A DNA stretch of 64,000 bases from Lytechinus pictus (taxonomy: Eukaryota). The stretch is taken from the NCBI RefSeq assembly GCF_037042905.1, contig NC_087250.1, positions 14,882,001-14,946,000 on the forward strand, in the 5' to 3' direction. The notes under the pieces are model-generated. The model saw nothing but the letters and a program-made list of their open reading frames with translations. It searched no databases and had not been told where the DNA came from. The translations under genes were made by a program, and so were the position numbers. Numbering within the stretch: position 1 is the stretch's first letter; each line of letters opens with the position of its first letter. Positions 12,871-25,077 of the stretch are shown piece by piece.

Positions 12871-13619
12871 CCAAAGGGGGGGGGGGGGGGGGCAAGGCCC
12901 CCTCGGCCCCCCCATGGATCCGCGCCTGGTGGACATGATTATTCATGTTTTTTTTAGAAACCAAATGGTAAAAAGATGTTTACGAGATCGAAAAAAATAC
13001 TGCTCGTATATCCCATAGGCCTATGTTTGCATATATTGAATTTATCAATTAGTTTCAGTTTCCGCTGATTTCAACAGGATAGATGATTACTTAGGAATTG
13101 ATGTTGTATTAAACATAACCAATTAAAAAAATTCCCAGATGTTAAAGTCTTTATTATTATTACTTATCAAGTAAATACATGTTTTTAGAAGAATGGAAAA
13201 TGTAAATATGTATACTTACAATGTGCGCTGTAAAACCTCATTTATTTCACATCTCTAAAAACATACAAGATACAATACATCGAGATCAAATCAAAACAAT
13301 CAAAATGATTCCATAGTAATGTAGTAAATAATGAATATTGTGAATAGGATGTGAGGAGTAGCAAAAGGCCAAATAGGCCTATCTAGGCTACTCCCTGATT
13401 AACATTCATTACTGAAACATTTTGCAATCAACTTCTTAGATTGCAAGAAACGCGGATTTCAAAATCAACCAAATCAAAAAGCCATAGACTACTTAATAAG
13501 TGAGTTACGAATTGTTGATAATCATGTTGTCATAACATATTTTGTAAATGATCTTATACTTTGTATTCAATAAATAGGAAACTCAAGTAACTGCAGTTAT
13601 AGGCTTCTTGCTAGTGCTT

Positions 13620-13975
13620 GCTTGATTGTTAGTTATAAGTTGATTGATTAATTGATTGATTGATTGTTTAGTTGGTTGGTTGATGGCCTGATCGAATGGT
13701 TGATCGGTTGATTGATTGATTGGTTGACTGATTGATTGGTTGGTTGGTTAATTGGTTGGTTCATTGATTGATTGGTTGGTTGGTTGGCTGGTTGGTTGGT
13801 TAATTGATTGGTTGGTTCATTGATTGATTGATTGGTTGGTTGGTTGACTGTCTGGTTGATTGATTGATTGGTTGGTGGGTGGATTGATTGATTGATTGAT
13901 TTATTGGTTGGTTGATTGGTTGGTGGTTGGTTAGTTGGTTGGCTGGCTGGCTGGTTGGTTGGTTGATTGATTGAT
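13620..13975. repeat. (GATT/GGTT)n microsatellite
   Basis: Direct inspection. Confidence 0.9.
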
Positions 13976-14209
13976 ACAGGGGATGTTGTAGTACTTGGTA
14001 ATTCAAAGAGTATTATAGTAGGAACAAGATTGATAGATTAATTTTTAAATGAATAGTTTTACATCTAACCTAGATTATGATCCTCGATCACGACACATGT
14101 TGCTCTATTGTCATCATCGCCGGAGATTCATTGATAACCACATACAGGAAGGATACATGGAGGAAAGAAAAAGTAGTTAAAAGCTATATCCAGGCTGCAG
14201 CCCCCATGG

Positions 14210-14702
14210 CACTAGCGTACGTACGGGGGGGGGGGGGCAGGGGCGATGCAAAGGACGTATCACTGCCCCCTGACGAGCTTGAAAGACATTTTTTGCCCCC
14301 CCTGACGAGCTTTTTTTTTTTTTTTTTTTGCTTGTCAATTTTTTTGCTGGTACGAATTCCTTTATTTGTGATTGAAGACCTTTTTTTTTTGCTTGTCAAT
14401 TTTTTTGCTGGTACGAATTCCTTTATTTGTGATTGAAGACCTTTTTTTTTTTGCTTGTCAATTTTTTTGCTGGTACGAATTCCTTTATTTGTGATTGAAG
14501 ACCTTTTTTTTTTGCTTGTCAATTTTTTTGCTGGTACGAATTCCTTTATTTGTGATTGAAGACCTTTTTTTTTTTGCTTGTCAATTTTTTTGCTGGTACG
14601 AATTCCTTTATTTGTGATTGAAGACCTTTTTTTTTTTTGCTTGTCAAATTTTTTGGCGGACGGTTTTGCCCCCCCCTGTGGAAAATCCTAGGTACGCCAC
14701 TG
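14210..14702. mobile_element. hAT-like MITE with about five tandem 60-bp internal repeats
   Basis: Ends cactagcgtacgta / taggtacgccactg; repeated unit gcttgtcaatttttttgctggtacgaattcctttatttgtgattgaagacc; no clear TSD. Confidence 0.7.
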
Positions 14703-16629
14703 CGAGGCAATCATTACTCCGGGGCCTCAAAGGCGGCCCATACATATTAAAAGCCATCTAGGATTTTTTTTTTAATGCAATAAAAAGGACAACTTTCCTT
14801 TATTCGAAAATCCTAATTACGTCATTTTTTTTTCGAATTGCATGGCACCCCCCCCCCCATGGACAAAGTTATGTCGCCAAGGGGTTCAATTTTTTTTCAA
14901 CCTATCAATATTGATAACCCTCGAGGGGCGTTTTTTTTTCTTTGCGCTGAATAAAGCGCTCGTAATTGCTCTAAAACTTTGCAGGCCATCACTTCAAAAA
15001 TATTACTTTTATTAGGAAAGGATATAATCATCGATAAGCAGTGCCGTGATGAGCAAGTGAACAACCCCCCCCCAAAAAAAAAAAATGAAGGGGTACGTTA
15101 CTGGCGTGTATCGGGCAAAATTTATAAAAAGTTACGGGGGAGCAAAGCAAGCTAAAAAAAAAAAATCTGAATTTTTATTGCAAAAAAAAAATTTATTTTG
15201 ACATAATATGCAGAAATTACTAAAGTATTTCATTCTTATCTCTTTCCTTTAAGGTGAAAGTTTTTTTCCCTTGATCGTGAAGAGTTTGGGGGATGGTAAG
15301 CGCTGCCATGCAAGCCCCCCGTCTGTACGCCACTATCCATAAGCCAGTGTCACGATTCATTATATAGATGAAAACCCCAAGGGTGCGCCCCCTTTGATTG
15401 CTCCCCTCCTATATATTTTGTTTTTACATTTTGTTTATAATTAATGGTGACTCTCGGTTTTTTTTTGCTCCCTTAATATTGTTTAAATTGAAATAAACTT
15501 TGAAACCGACTAAATATTGTGGGCATGATGGAATAGGCTCACCAATATAAGCGAAAAGTTCTGAGAGGGCGAGATGGCGTATCGGACAAAGTGTATTAAA
15601 AAAAAATCATGAAAATCATTTTTGTACGCCACTGATATTTAGTGTCCACATCTAATGCCTATATTGAAGATTTACTTCATAGGAGTAACCCGTGTTACTC
15701 TTTGTTTCAGGCTTTCAATTTTCGTGACATGGACCTTTGCCACAGAGACGGAGATGACAAATCGAATGATGAACAAGCTGCATGCTGGCGCCGAAATCGG
15801 TCTCGTACTTGGTCGAATTTGTTTTGGACGATTATTACGCTTCTTCGTCAACAAGATAGAGTTGGTAAGAAATATTCTACCATTTTTTTTCAATAAAGTG
15901 AGATTGTCCTTGATATTGAATGTTTTAAACGTTTGCAACTCGTCCTATTCAAAGCTATATTGTGTTTCTCGTAAGTTATGGCAAAGTTATCATCATTATT
16001 TTGTTTCTTTTCGACTGTAGACCCCCAAATTAAATGAAATCTTGACCCGAGCCCGGCCGGGTTGCATACACTGTACAGCCTACAGGCTACAGCGCAGGTT
16101 TGAAGTGAACGCAAGTGAATTGTGTCTTTGTGAGTGTTGTGTGGATGTTTTTTCGGTCGTACTCCGACTCGTTGATACACACATGAACCTGCATATAACC
16201 ATAATTAAACTGCATGAACTATGTCTTTACGACTTGTCCTGTCTACTCTTATTAACCCTGGATGATTATTTATTATGGATACTATTGCCTTCATACTCAT
16301 ACTCAGTCATAGGGCTGATCTCCGAAAGCAGCGGAGGGAGAAAACCAGGAAGGAAGAAGGATAGTCATGATGATATTGATAGTGTTCCTGTTGCATGAAA
16401 GGGTCTTTCGTAGAACCGTTCTACGTAAGAACGAGATATCGCTCAACTGTTTCACAAAGCCGATTTGGGAGATAAAAGGAATGATCTTGGAAAGACACCT
16501 CCACTCTAGACCAAAAGCTTCGGTCTCTGTTATGTTGGTTGTTCAGCTGAACTCCGTTGGCTTCACTCACCAAATACAGAGACCGAAGTTCTAGCGCGAT
16601 CTGTACAGGGGACTCAATGGCCATATGTT

Positions 16630-16687
16630 TATGTACTTAAGATCGGATAAAACGGGGAAGTGAATTTGCGCGACACCCGAGGTAAGT
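16630..16687 (+). promoter_or_regulatory. SAP30BP: Candidate SAP30BP promoter / non-coding first exon
   Basis: ETS-like GGAAGTG near 16656 followed by a strong donor GAG|GTAAGT at 16681/16682; a downstream acceptor at 18706 lies 12 nt before the ATG. Confidence 0.5.
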
Positions 16688-17953
16688 CACTGTTTTTGTT
16701 CCTTTCAACTTGATTTTTCTCAGTTTTTTGGCAATTGATGCCAAGAGGGAATATTAATTTGCATTTTGGTCGCGTGAATTTTCAAAATTTTTACTCATTA
16801 AAGACAAAAATTGAAGAGCCCCGACGGGGGGATTTTGCATTGCAAGTCCCCTAATGGTGGCTGCACGCTAGCGAGCCGTCTGTGTATGAGGAGAAATTAA
16901 AAAAAAAAAAATGTTAAAAAACTCCTCGAAACAGACGGCTGCCAGCTGTCTACCTCCACTCCAGACATGTCCTACGTATGCGACCAGGCATGATGATATT
17001 CTTTGAGTCATTGACTTTGGTCTTTGGCTTTGCACACCGCCCACCACCGTTGGCATTGAAAGAAAATGCGTATACGGCAAGCAACATACTGACATATCAC
17101 CTTTAAACATTTTTGGGGGTCATTCGATTGCACTCTGATGCATTTTATCTGGGATGGCGGCAAGTTATTTTTATATGATGGGGGCTGTCATTAATTTCAC
17201 GGCAAAACGGATGTCATTTTAACATCTCCGGGGTAATAATCATTATTTGATCTCCATTTATTCAAATACCGGTATATACTATATCATGATTTTATGAAAA
17301 GAAGTCATTCCAAAATAAAAGGTTCAGGTGGCGATAAAGGCTAAATATTTTTCCGATACTATCGATATCAAACATGTCAAACGATGTCGCGGACTTGGAA
17401 TACTAAATTGCCTTCGTGAAACGGAAAGCGCTGATGTGTCGCCAATCTTCCTATCTCGGAAGAATGGTCCTAGGATGCTCCTACATATCGCTCATCTCGT
17501 CGTGCAACAGGCCCCTGAACTATGTCTATGCCTATGGTGCTTAAGATCTCGGCCTTTGACTGCGCTTAGGCCTACTGTACACACCGAAAATTGGCACGCA
17601 CATACACAAAGCAATTTGGGTCTGACATGCACTTGCGAAATGTTGTGTCATTTCGTAAGTGCATGCATACCCGGGCGTCGCGTATTAACTTTAGGACTTA
17701 AAAAGATGCAGGAGATTTGAAGGAAAAAAAGTCACAAACCATTGCAGCGAAAGCTTTACTCATCCCAAAAATATGGCGCGAAAAGTCAAGGGTTCCTAAT
17801 GGTGAAAAACTTAAACTTAAAAGGATGTGTGCGCATGGTTGAATTTGTTTGTGGTGGGGGGAATTTTTACACTCTTTTATTGTGCCAACTTTAGCAGTGC
17901 CTCACCTCTGCTGACAAAAATTAGTAAAAGAGATGGGGGGAGGGAGAGTGTAC

Positions 17954-18626
17954 CCCGGGGGGTCACTCTCCACATGGACTGCTACCCACCCGTGTCCGAC
18001 AACCTCAGAAATGCACCCTAAACGGCGTAATGACATTATGTAAATTTGCAACCCTAAACGGCGTAACCCATGAGAAAAGCCACCCTAAGTGGCGTGAACA
18101 GGGAAATCCCCTAATTTGATACCCTAAGTGGCGTAAACATCAAAAATTGATTAATGTGATACCTGTGCATGCTGCCTATAGTATAGAGCCAGGTGTAAGA
18201 GACTAGCTAGAACCATGGAGCTATTTACGGGAGTAACTCTCATCATGGACCTAATACATGTAGGTCCATGCTCTCATAAGTGCTGCGCTGGCCGCGCCGG
18301 CGTGTGGGACTGGGAGGATTGTTTTGTAAATCGCCTTTCATGGTGTTTATAGCTTAGGTCTGATCCCGGGTCTCCTCAAATTTGCCCAAATTTGCACCCC
18401 TAAATGGCGTAATTTTCATAACCAAATTAGCAACCCTAAACGGCGTGAAGAGAGAAAGAAAAGGCTACCCTTATCGGCGATTTACGAGCGAATGGTGCTG
18501 AAATGCAACCCTTTTTGCCAAAGAAGTCGACGCCGCCCGAGTGCCTGAAACGGGACCCTTTTCGACGCTTTTTCTGGACGCGGGTGCGTAGCAGGCCATG
18601 TGGAGAGTGACCCCCCCCCCCCCGGG
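17954..18626. mobile_element. TIR MITE (CCCGGG ends) with repeated accctaaacggcgt motifs
   Basis: About 45-bp TIR cccggggggtcactctccacatgg / ccatgtggagagtgaccccc..ccggg; 7-bp TSD agtgtac (17947-17953 / 18627-18633). Confidence 0.85.
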
Positions 18627-18717
18627 AGTGTACTATCTAAGGCCTATGGGGAGTTTTCGTGTTTGATTTTACATCAGATCCTAAAAAAGTTTAATTTTCT
18701 TTGCAGAGATTGTGACC

Positions 18718-18967
18718 ATGACGCAGGAAGGAGGAGGCATGCGAGGCTTGACGCATCTCGTCAGCTACACGTCAGATTCCGATGAGGAACGAGGAAAAGA
18801 CGAAGAAGAGGAGGAAGAGCTGAAGAAGGAGCAGGGGGATGATGAAGTGATGGCCAGCATACCAGAAGAAGAAGAAGTGGTGGATGGAAAGGATGATACC
18901 ATGGTGGAAACCATCCAGGATGAGGATGATGAGATGGAGATGGGGACACCCTTGCAGGAAAGCCCAA
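18718..18967 (+). CDS. SAP30BP: SAP30BP coding exon 1 (acidic N-terminus)
   Basis: Acceptor ttgcag 18706, ATG 18718, LVSYTSDSDEE, donor GTGAGT 18968. Confidence 0.85.
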
Positions 18968-21900
18968 GTGAGTACAAGCAGAGGACATTTTGGACAGAGT
19001 TACTTTTCTTTGTTAAAGATGTTACGATTTCAAAATGAGTTTGAACAGAATCCAATAAAATGACCACCCAAGTGTTTTATGTATAAATAAGAAATATGTG
19101 CCAATTGACTCTGGAAAAAAATGGCTAATTGCCGAGAAATGAGCAACATAAGCACATAATTCCATAAAATGTCATGTATTTTTCAAGAAATATTAATACA
19201 TTGCCCGACATATGCCTTTTTGTGTTAGTTACCAGAATTATCGGTTTTCAGCTAAGATTTCATGATTTCACAAAGATGAGTTGATTTCAATGTACCAGAT
19301 CTAGATCTATGATAATATAGTGGTAATTAAACTGGATTTTAAAAGCTTATTCATGAATTGATTGTTTGCTACAATTATTTTCTTTTACCTTTTAAAGAGT
19401 CACAAAAATGAAGTTATCTGCAGGTACATGTTCCCATTCAAATTTGCTGAGTTTCAGTAGCAGTTGAGCTTTTAGTTTTGTTATTAAAGGACCCACTCAT
19501 CTGGTACTAGTTGTGTAAAAATCACAATTCTTTGTAAGACACCTTAAGATTTAAAGAAGAATGTTAGGGAAACTCTGCTGATCTTTCCATTTTCAGGTCC
19601 ATCTTCAAATGCCCCAAGCTTGGTGTCTTACGAGAGGTCAGAGACAAAGCCCAAGAAGATCAAGAAGACCGGTCTGGTGTCGTACGAGGGTGAAGAGGAG
19701 GACGGGAGGAGATCGAAGGAGGCCGGAGAAGAAGGAGAGGATCTGGACGGGTCATGGTTGGAGATGAAACTCTCTCCTGGGGATGACCTGGAAGACAGGG
19801 TTAAAGTTGACAAGGTCAAGGTGATTATTATGATATAATTTTATGGTAATTATTTATCTCCTGGGAAGTTTCGGGGCAGTGATGAATCTGTTACGGCTGG
19901 TACTAGTAGTAGTAGTAGTACCATTACTTGGAACATTTTGCTGGTTATATCCCCTGTAGTGTCCCGCAATTAAAAGAATCCCCTGCTAAATAATGGACTA
20001 TTCCGAACCCTGACGAAACAGCTTTGACATTTCATTGGTCAATTTACTAGGTGACCGTTAAATATTTCATTGAGCTCATATTCATTAGGAAGACGTGCCT
20101 CATGAATATATAATTCAGCTCAGATGTCAAGAGGCCCAATTCGCTTTGCGAATTAGCTATCCCTCACTTCGCTCGGGAAGCAGTCGCCAGGGTCTCAACA
20201 AGATGCTAATGAAGCAGATGCAGACCGATATGCTCTTTTACCCTTATTTTGTTTTTCAGCTTGTCGACAGTTCTTATCTGAGTGCCTCGATGTCACTGCC
20301 AGAATCGGCCTTATCACAAAACATCCGTCGACTGAGTGCAGATGAAGTCACGTTACCGCCTGAACCACCCGGCAGGTGCTCTAGACATCTTCAGGTGAGT
20401 GATGAGGATGGTGGAAGTGGTGGTGATGGTGATGGCGGCAGGACTGGATGGTGGTGATGATAATGGTGGTGGTGGTGATGATGATGGTGGTGGTGGTTAT
20501 GATGATGATGATGATGGTTGTGCTGGTGGTGGTGATGATGATGATGGTGGTGGTGGTGGTGTTGGTTATTGTTGTGAATTGGTTTTAACAGTGCTCTTGT
20601 TAAAAAAAAATGAATATATGTGCCAATCAAAAATTATATACGTGGTGATGATAATAGTGGTTATGATGACGATGATGATGGTGGTGGTGGTGATGGTGAT
20701 GAGATGGTGATGATGGTGGTGGTGGTTATGATGATGAAGGTTGTGCTGATGATGGTGATGATGGTGGTGGTGATGATGGTGATGGTGGTGATGGTTATTG
20801 TTGTGAATTGGTTTTTAACAGTACTCTTGTTAAAAAAATATGTGCCAATCAAAAATGATATTGGTGGTGATGATAATGGTGGATATGATGATAGTGATGA
20901 TGATGATGACTCTGATAAGGATGGTGGTGATGACGATGGTGGTACTGGTGGTGATGATGATGGTGGTTGTTATGGTGATGATTGTGATAATGATAATTAT
21001 GGTGGTGGGGATGAGGGAAAGACTCATGCATCAAATGTCGTGACTAATTTGATCAATATGCTTTCAAATGTCAGCAGTTTTCTTCTCTATCTTCATATTT
21101 CATAAAGCTGTGTGCGCTATGAACGCCTAGCTTAGCCGGGTAATATAGGAGCGCCTTGAGCACCTAACAAGGTGGATATGTGCGTAATATAAATACCCTA
21201 TATTATTATTATTTTACAGGAGAAAATCAACTCGTATTACAAGAAAAGCCTGAATCTGAACCAGATCATCCAAAGAAGAAAAGACTTCAGAAATCCAAGG
21301 TGAGTGATAATTTAGAAAATAGGATGGAGAGAGAGAGGGAGAGGAGAATATGCTTTTGATTTTTGAAAAATTAATGTAATGTAACAGAGACAAAAACAAA
21401 AGAATGAGACAGAAAACCAGCTTTACTAGTCTTACATTACATGCCATGCTTGTATCTTACGTTGTTTCAGACGTTTCATATGAAGTCTAAATAGACAAAA
21501 GCTCATTTACAAAACAAAGAACATTTCCTGCATCATCCTCATCTTTTGTTTTAATTACATACTTTTTTTTTTTTTAAATGTTATAAGCTACTGGAGATCC
21601 TTGCATCTGATTGGCTAAGAGGTAAATTAGTCTCTGAAAATTGCCAACAAAACTCTTTAGGTAATGTTTCCCTGGCATCTGGTTCATTGGCCTAGATTAG
21701 GGCCCCATCTTACAAAGATGTCCGATTGATGCGATTGATGTATATGGATATCTATCAATGTCATAATTTTCTCCTCATGATATTTGTACAATGTCCTTTG
21801 TAAACGATAAAAGCAAACTGAATTTTCAACAAAACTATGAATTTACTAATTAACATCAAATCTATAAAATATGGTGAAAAACTTGCTTTTTTTTTTTTTT

Positions 21901-24103
21901 ATAGATGATGACGTTGCTGGCTTTCCATAGTTGATCACAATTTTTTGTAAGACTGGCCATTTCATAAAGGCTTGTTATAATAACAAATGCGCAATCCTCT
22001 ATAACAAGTTCATTATCAGCCAATCAAATTGGATGATTTCAGTAGCTTTTAACTGATCTTTCAAACTTGTTACTAAAATAAGTTTTATGAAACAGGCCCC
22101 CTGTTTTAACATCATTCCTTTGTTTCATTGTTTCACTGCAGTATATATGAAAAGCTGATTGACTTTCTAGGTATAGATGAACTAGGTACCAACTACCCAA
22201 AGGATATGTACGACCCTTACTGTTGGAAAGAAAGCTCGTACTACGATGCTTTAGGTAAGTCGAGGCAACCTGCCCGTCCATAATACATGCATGCAAGCTG
22301 TGCCTTTTCAGAGATGCCAACCCTCCGATTTCATTGTAAGTCTCCTGATAATTTGGTCTCCTGACTTACTACCATTAACTTTACTCCTGCTGAAAATTGA
22401 AAAAAAGAAAGATAGGGAGGAAGAAAGAGAGAGGGGGAGAAAAAAAAATCTAAAAGTTTCTTCTCACCTGTGATTTATATGAAATGTGCTCTGTGGAACA
22501 GGGCTTATATTAACTTCTCATTTATAATCATTGTTACTGTCATGTATGTTTTTCTTATTCTAGCCAAAGCGCAAAGAGAAGAGATACAGAAGAAGAAAGA
22601 GAAAGACAAGAAAGAAAAGACAAAGGTGGAGTTTGTCACGGGGATGGTGAGGAAAACACAGATCCAGGCACCGCTGGTCACCAGCACCACCGGTGTAGCG
22701 GTACCATCAACATCAACAAGCAACCCGGGCACTGGCCATGGTAGGTTGAGATTTGATGCTGTCTTATTGTATTGATGTGGAAATTGTGTGGTTGATTTTG
22801 TCAATAGTTGGTGATGACTACCACAGAAGTACCATACCATCCATGTTGGCCACCAACCCAGGTACCACCCATGGTATGCACAGGTTCGATGCTGTCGCTC
22901 TCATGGTGGTGTTGTAATAATGAGGTGATAATTATATCAATAGTTGGGAATGACTACCACGGAAGTACCATCCATGTTGGCCACCAACCCAGGTACCACC
23001 CATGGTATGCGGAGGTTTGATGCTGTCGCTCTCATGGTGGTGTTGTGATAATGAGGTGATAATAATTGATTATGTCAATAGATGGTGATGACTACCACAG
23101 AAGTACCATACCATCCATGTTGGCCACCAACCCAGGTACCAACCGTGTTGTGCGGAGGTTCGATGCTATCGCTCTCATGGTGGTGGTGTTGTAATAAGGA
23201 GTAGTTAATAATTGATTACGTCAAAAGTTGGGGATGACTACCACGGAAGTAGCATACCATCCATGTTGGCCACCAGCCCAGGTACCATTCATGGTTACTT
23301 AGGTTCAATGTTTTGTCTAATGGTAGTGTGGTAATAATGAGGTGATAATAATTGATTGAGTTAATAATTGGTGATGATTACCACACCACAGAAATAACAT
23401 ACCATTCATGTTGGCCACCAACCGAGGTACCGCCCATGGTATGCTCAGGTTTGATGCTTTCTCTATCATGGTGGTATTGTAAATTGATATTGCCAATAGT
23501 TGGTGACAAGTACCGCAGGAGTACCATACCACCCATGTCGGCCATCAACCAAAGGACACGTACCGGCCATGGTAGGTTGTCGGTGCCATCTTGTGGTAGC
23601 ATTGTAATAATTGGGGGATTGAGATTGATTTTGTCAGTGGTAAGGTACAAGTATGGTGGTGTAGTAAAAACAGGGCGAGTGTGGTTGATCTTATCAATTT
23701 TTTCTTTGATCACTGATCAGAGGCCAATAACACAAAGCTTAGCAATCATTGTAGAACACTTTTCTACTGTTGATTGCATTGACTACATGTACAATTAATC
23801 ATGAAAATCATTGTACGATTAATCACTAAACTTTGTGTTCGGGACCCAGTACCATTGAACTATTTTGACACTTTTCCTTTGTGGTTTGTTTCAGAAGAAG
23901 AGAAAAAGAGAAAGAGCAAGTGGGATAACCCTGGGCAATCTCTTCCTGCGCCGGTACCTCTGATGCAACGACCCGTCGTCTACGTTGTCACCACCACCAT
24001 AACCACCTCAACGGCCGTCTCGACAACCACATCAGCGTCAGGATCAAAGACAACGGTCATCTCATCAATAGGGGCAATAAAGAAACAGAAAGTGGAGAAA
24101 TAG
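18718..24103 (+). CDS. SAP30BP: SAP30-binding protein (HCNGP), 7 coding exons, 395 aa
   Basis: join(18718-18967,19597-19820,20260-20394,21220-21299,22142-22254,22564-22740,23895-24103); all GT-AG, phases consistent (1188 nt). HCNGP motifs LPPEPPGRCSRHLQ, IIQRRKDFRNPSIYEKLIDFLGIDELGTNYPKDMYDP, SYYDALAKAQ, KVEFVTG, KRKSKWD. Confidence 0.93.
19597..19820 (+). CDS. SAP30BP: SAP30BP coding exon 2
   Basis: tttcag acceptor; GLVSYEGEEE; phase-0 donor GTGATT (alternative donor after 19814 possible). Confidence 0.8.
20260..20394 (+). CDS. SAP30BP: SAP30BP coding exon 3
   Basis: LVDSS...DEVTLPPEPPGRCSRHLQ; AG/GTGAGT boundaries. Confidence 0.92.
20395..21010. repeat. (GAT/GGT)n microsatellite with a duplicated internal block
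   Basis: Trinucleotide repeats; block ttgtgaattggtttt..tgtgccaatcaaaa present twice (near 20570 and 20800). Confidence 0.85.
21220..21299 (+). CDS. SAP30BP: SAP30BP coding exon 4
   Basis: EKINSYYKKSLNLNQIIQRRKDFRNP; AG/GTGAGT. Confidence 0.92.
22142..22254 (+). CDS. SAP30BP: SAP30BP coding exon 5
   Basis: IYEKLIDFLGIDELGTNYPKDMYDPYCWKESSYYDAL; AG/GTAAGT. Confidence 0.93.
22564..22740 (+). CDS. SAP30BP: SAP30BP coding exon 6
   Basis: AKAQREEIQKKKEKDKKEKTKVEFVTG; AG/GTAGGT. Confidence 0.9.
22741..23600. repeat. Degenerate 120-135-bp tandem repeat resembling the exon 6 / intron boundary
   Basis: About six units containing gactaccac..gaagtaccataccatccatgttggccaccaacccaggtaccacccatggta. Confidence 0.8.
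23895..24103 (+). CDS. SAP30BP: SAP30BP terminal coding exon
   Basis: EEEKKRKSKWD...TTVISSIGAIKKQKVEK*. Confidence 0.9.
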
Positions 24104-24725
24104 TAATAACTATTTCACGGATGACTTGAATATATTCATCATGTGGGGATTTAGCAGATACTATCTGATGGATGACTAGAAACAGATGGTGAAATAGCAA
24201 AGACTATCGCATGGATGGCTAGATCCAGGTGGTGAAATAGCAAAGACTATCATATGGATGACTAGAAAGTAACAGTTGATGGTGAAACAGCAAAGACTAT
24301 CACATGAGTGACAAGAAATATTTATCGTGTAGGGATTTTTAGCAAAGAATGTTTCATGGCGTGAGAGAAGCGGAAGGTTGAGAAATGACCATGAATATTT
24401 TCTCGGTTGAAAGAAAGAGGTGTTAAAATATCAAAAACTATCTCACAAATGATTGGAAAGGGTTCATCAAGTGGGGGTTTAGCAAAGAAAAAGTTCTTGG
24501 GGGACAGAAACATAAGGCTGCGGAATAGCAAAGATTATCTCATGGATGACAAGGAATAATAATCTTGTAGGGATTTAGCAAAGAATAATTCCCTGGGTGA
24601 AAGAAAATAGGTGGAGAAATGGCAAAGATTATCTCATGGAGGATCACAACTTTCCCTCATATTGATATCGTAGTGACTATTTCATGGGCGAGATAGAGAG
24701 GTGGCGAAATAGCTAAAAATATCTC
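24090..24725. repeat. Degenerate ~45-bp tandem repeat in the SAP30BP 3' UTR
   Basis: Recurrent gaaatagcaaagactatc..catggatgactaga; the first unit overlaps the stop codon. Confidence 0.65.
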
Positions 24726-25077
24726 ATTTAAAACTGGACGCTCTTCCTCCTTTTATTGAAAAACTGTGTCATGGTGGTCTAGGCATTGTGGGAGATAGGG
24801 ATGGAATGGAATTAATCTATCAGTGAATCATGTGTGAGATGAGAGATGAAGAAGGCAAGGGTAATATCTCCTTGTCAGTGTGACAGAAAAACTTGGTGCT
24901 ATTGCTAATGGTTCAGAAGGACACCAAGAAGAACCGTCAAGATGACAGATATGTTTCTTAAGTAGAAATTGGAAAACAATTTTTGTTTATATATACATGT
25001 ATCTAGATAGAGAGAGATGTGTCACCGAATGACTTTGTTGGGTGAATTGCCATTGTTCTAGACTGGCTTTGCCTATT

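Noticed and set aside
11855..13018. 387-aa F/L/S/P-rich ORF and antisense K/R/E ORFs
   Set aside because: Artefacts of a C/T tract that lacks stop codons.
20391..21105. Poly-His, poly-Asp/Gly and Met/Val ORFs
   Set aside because: Trinucleotide microsatellite inside a SAP30BP intron.
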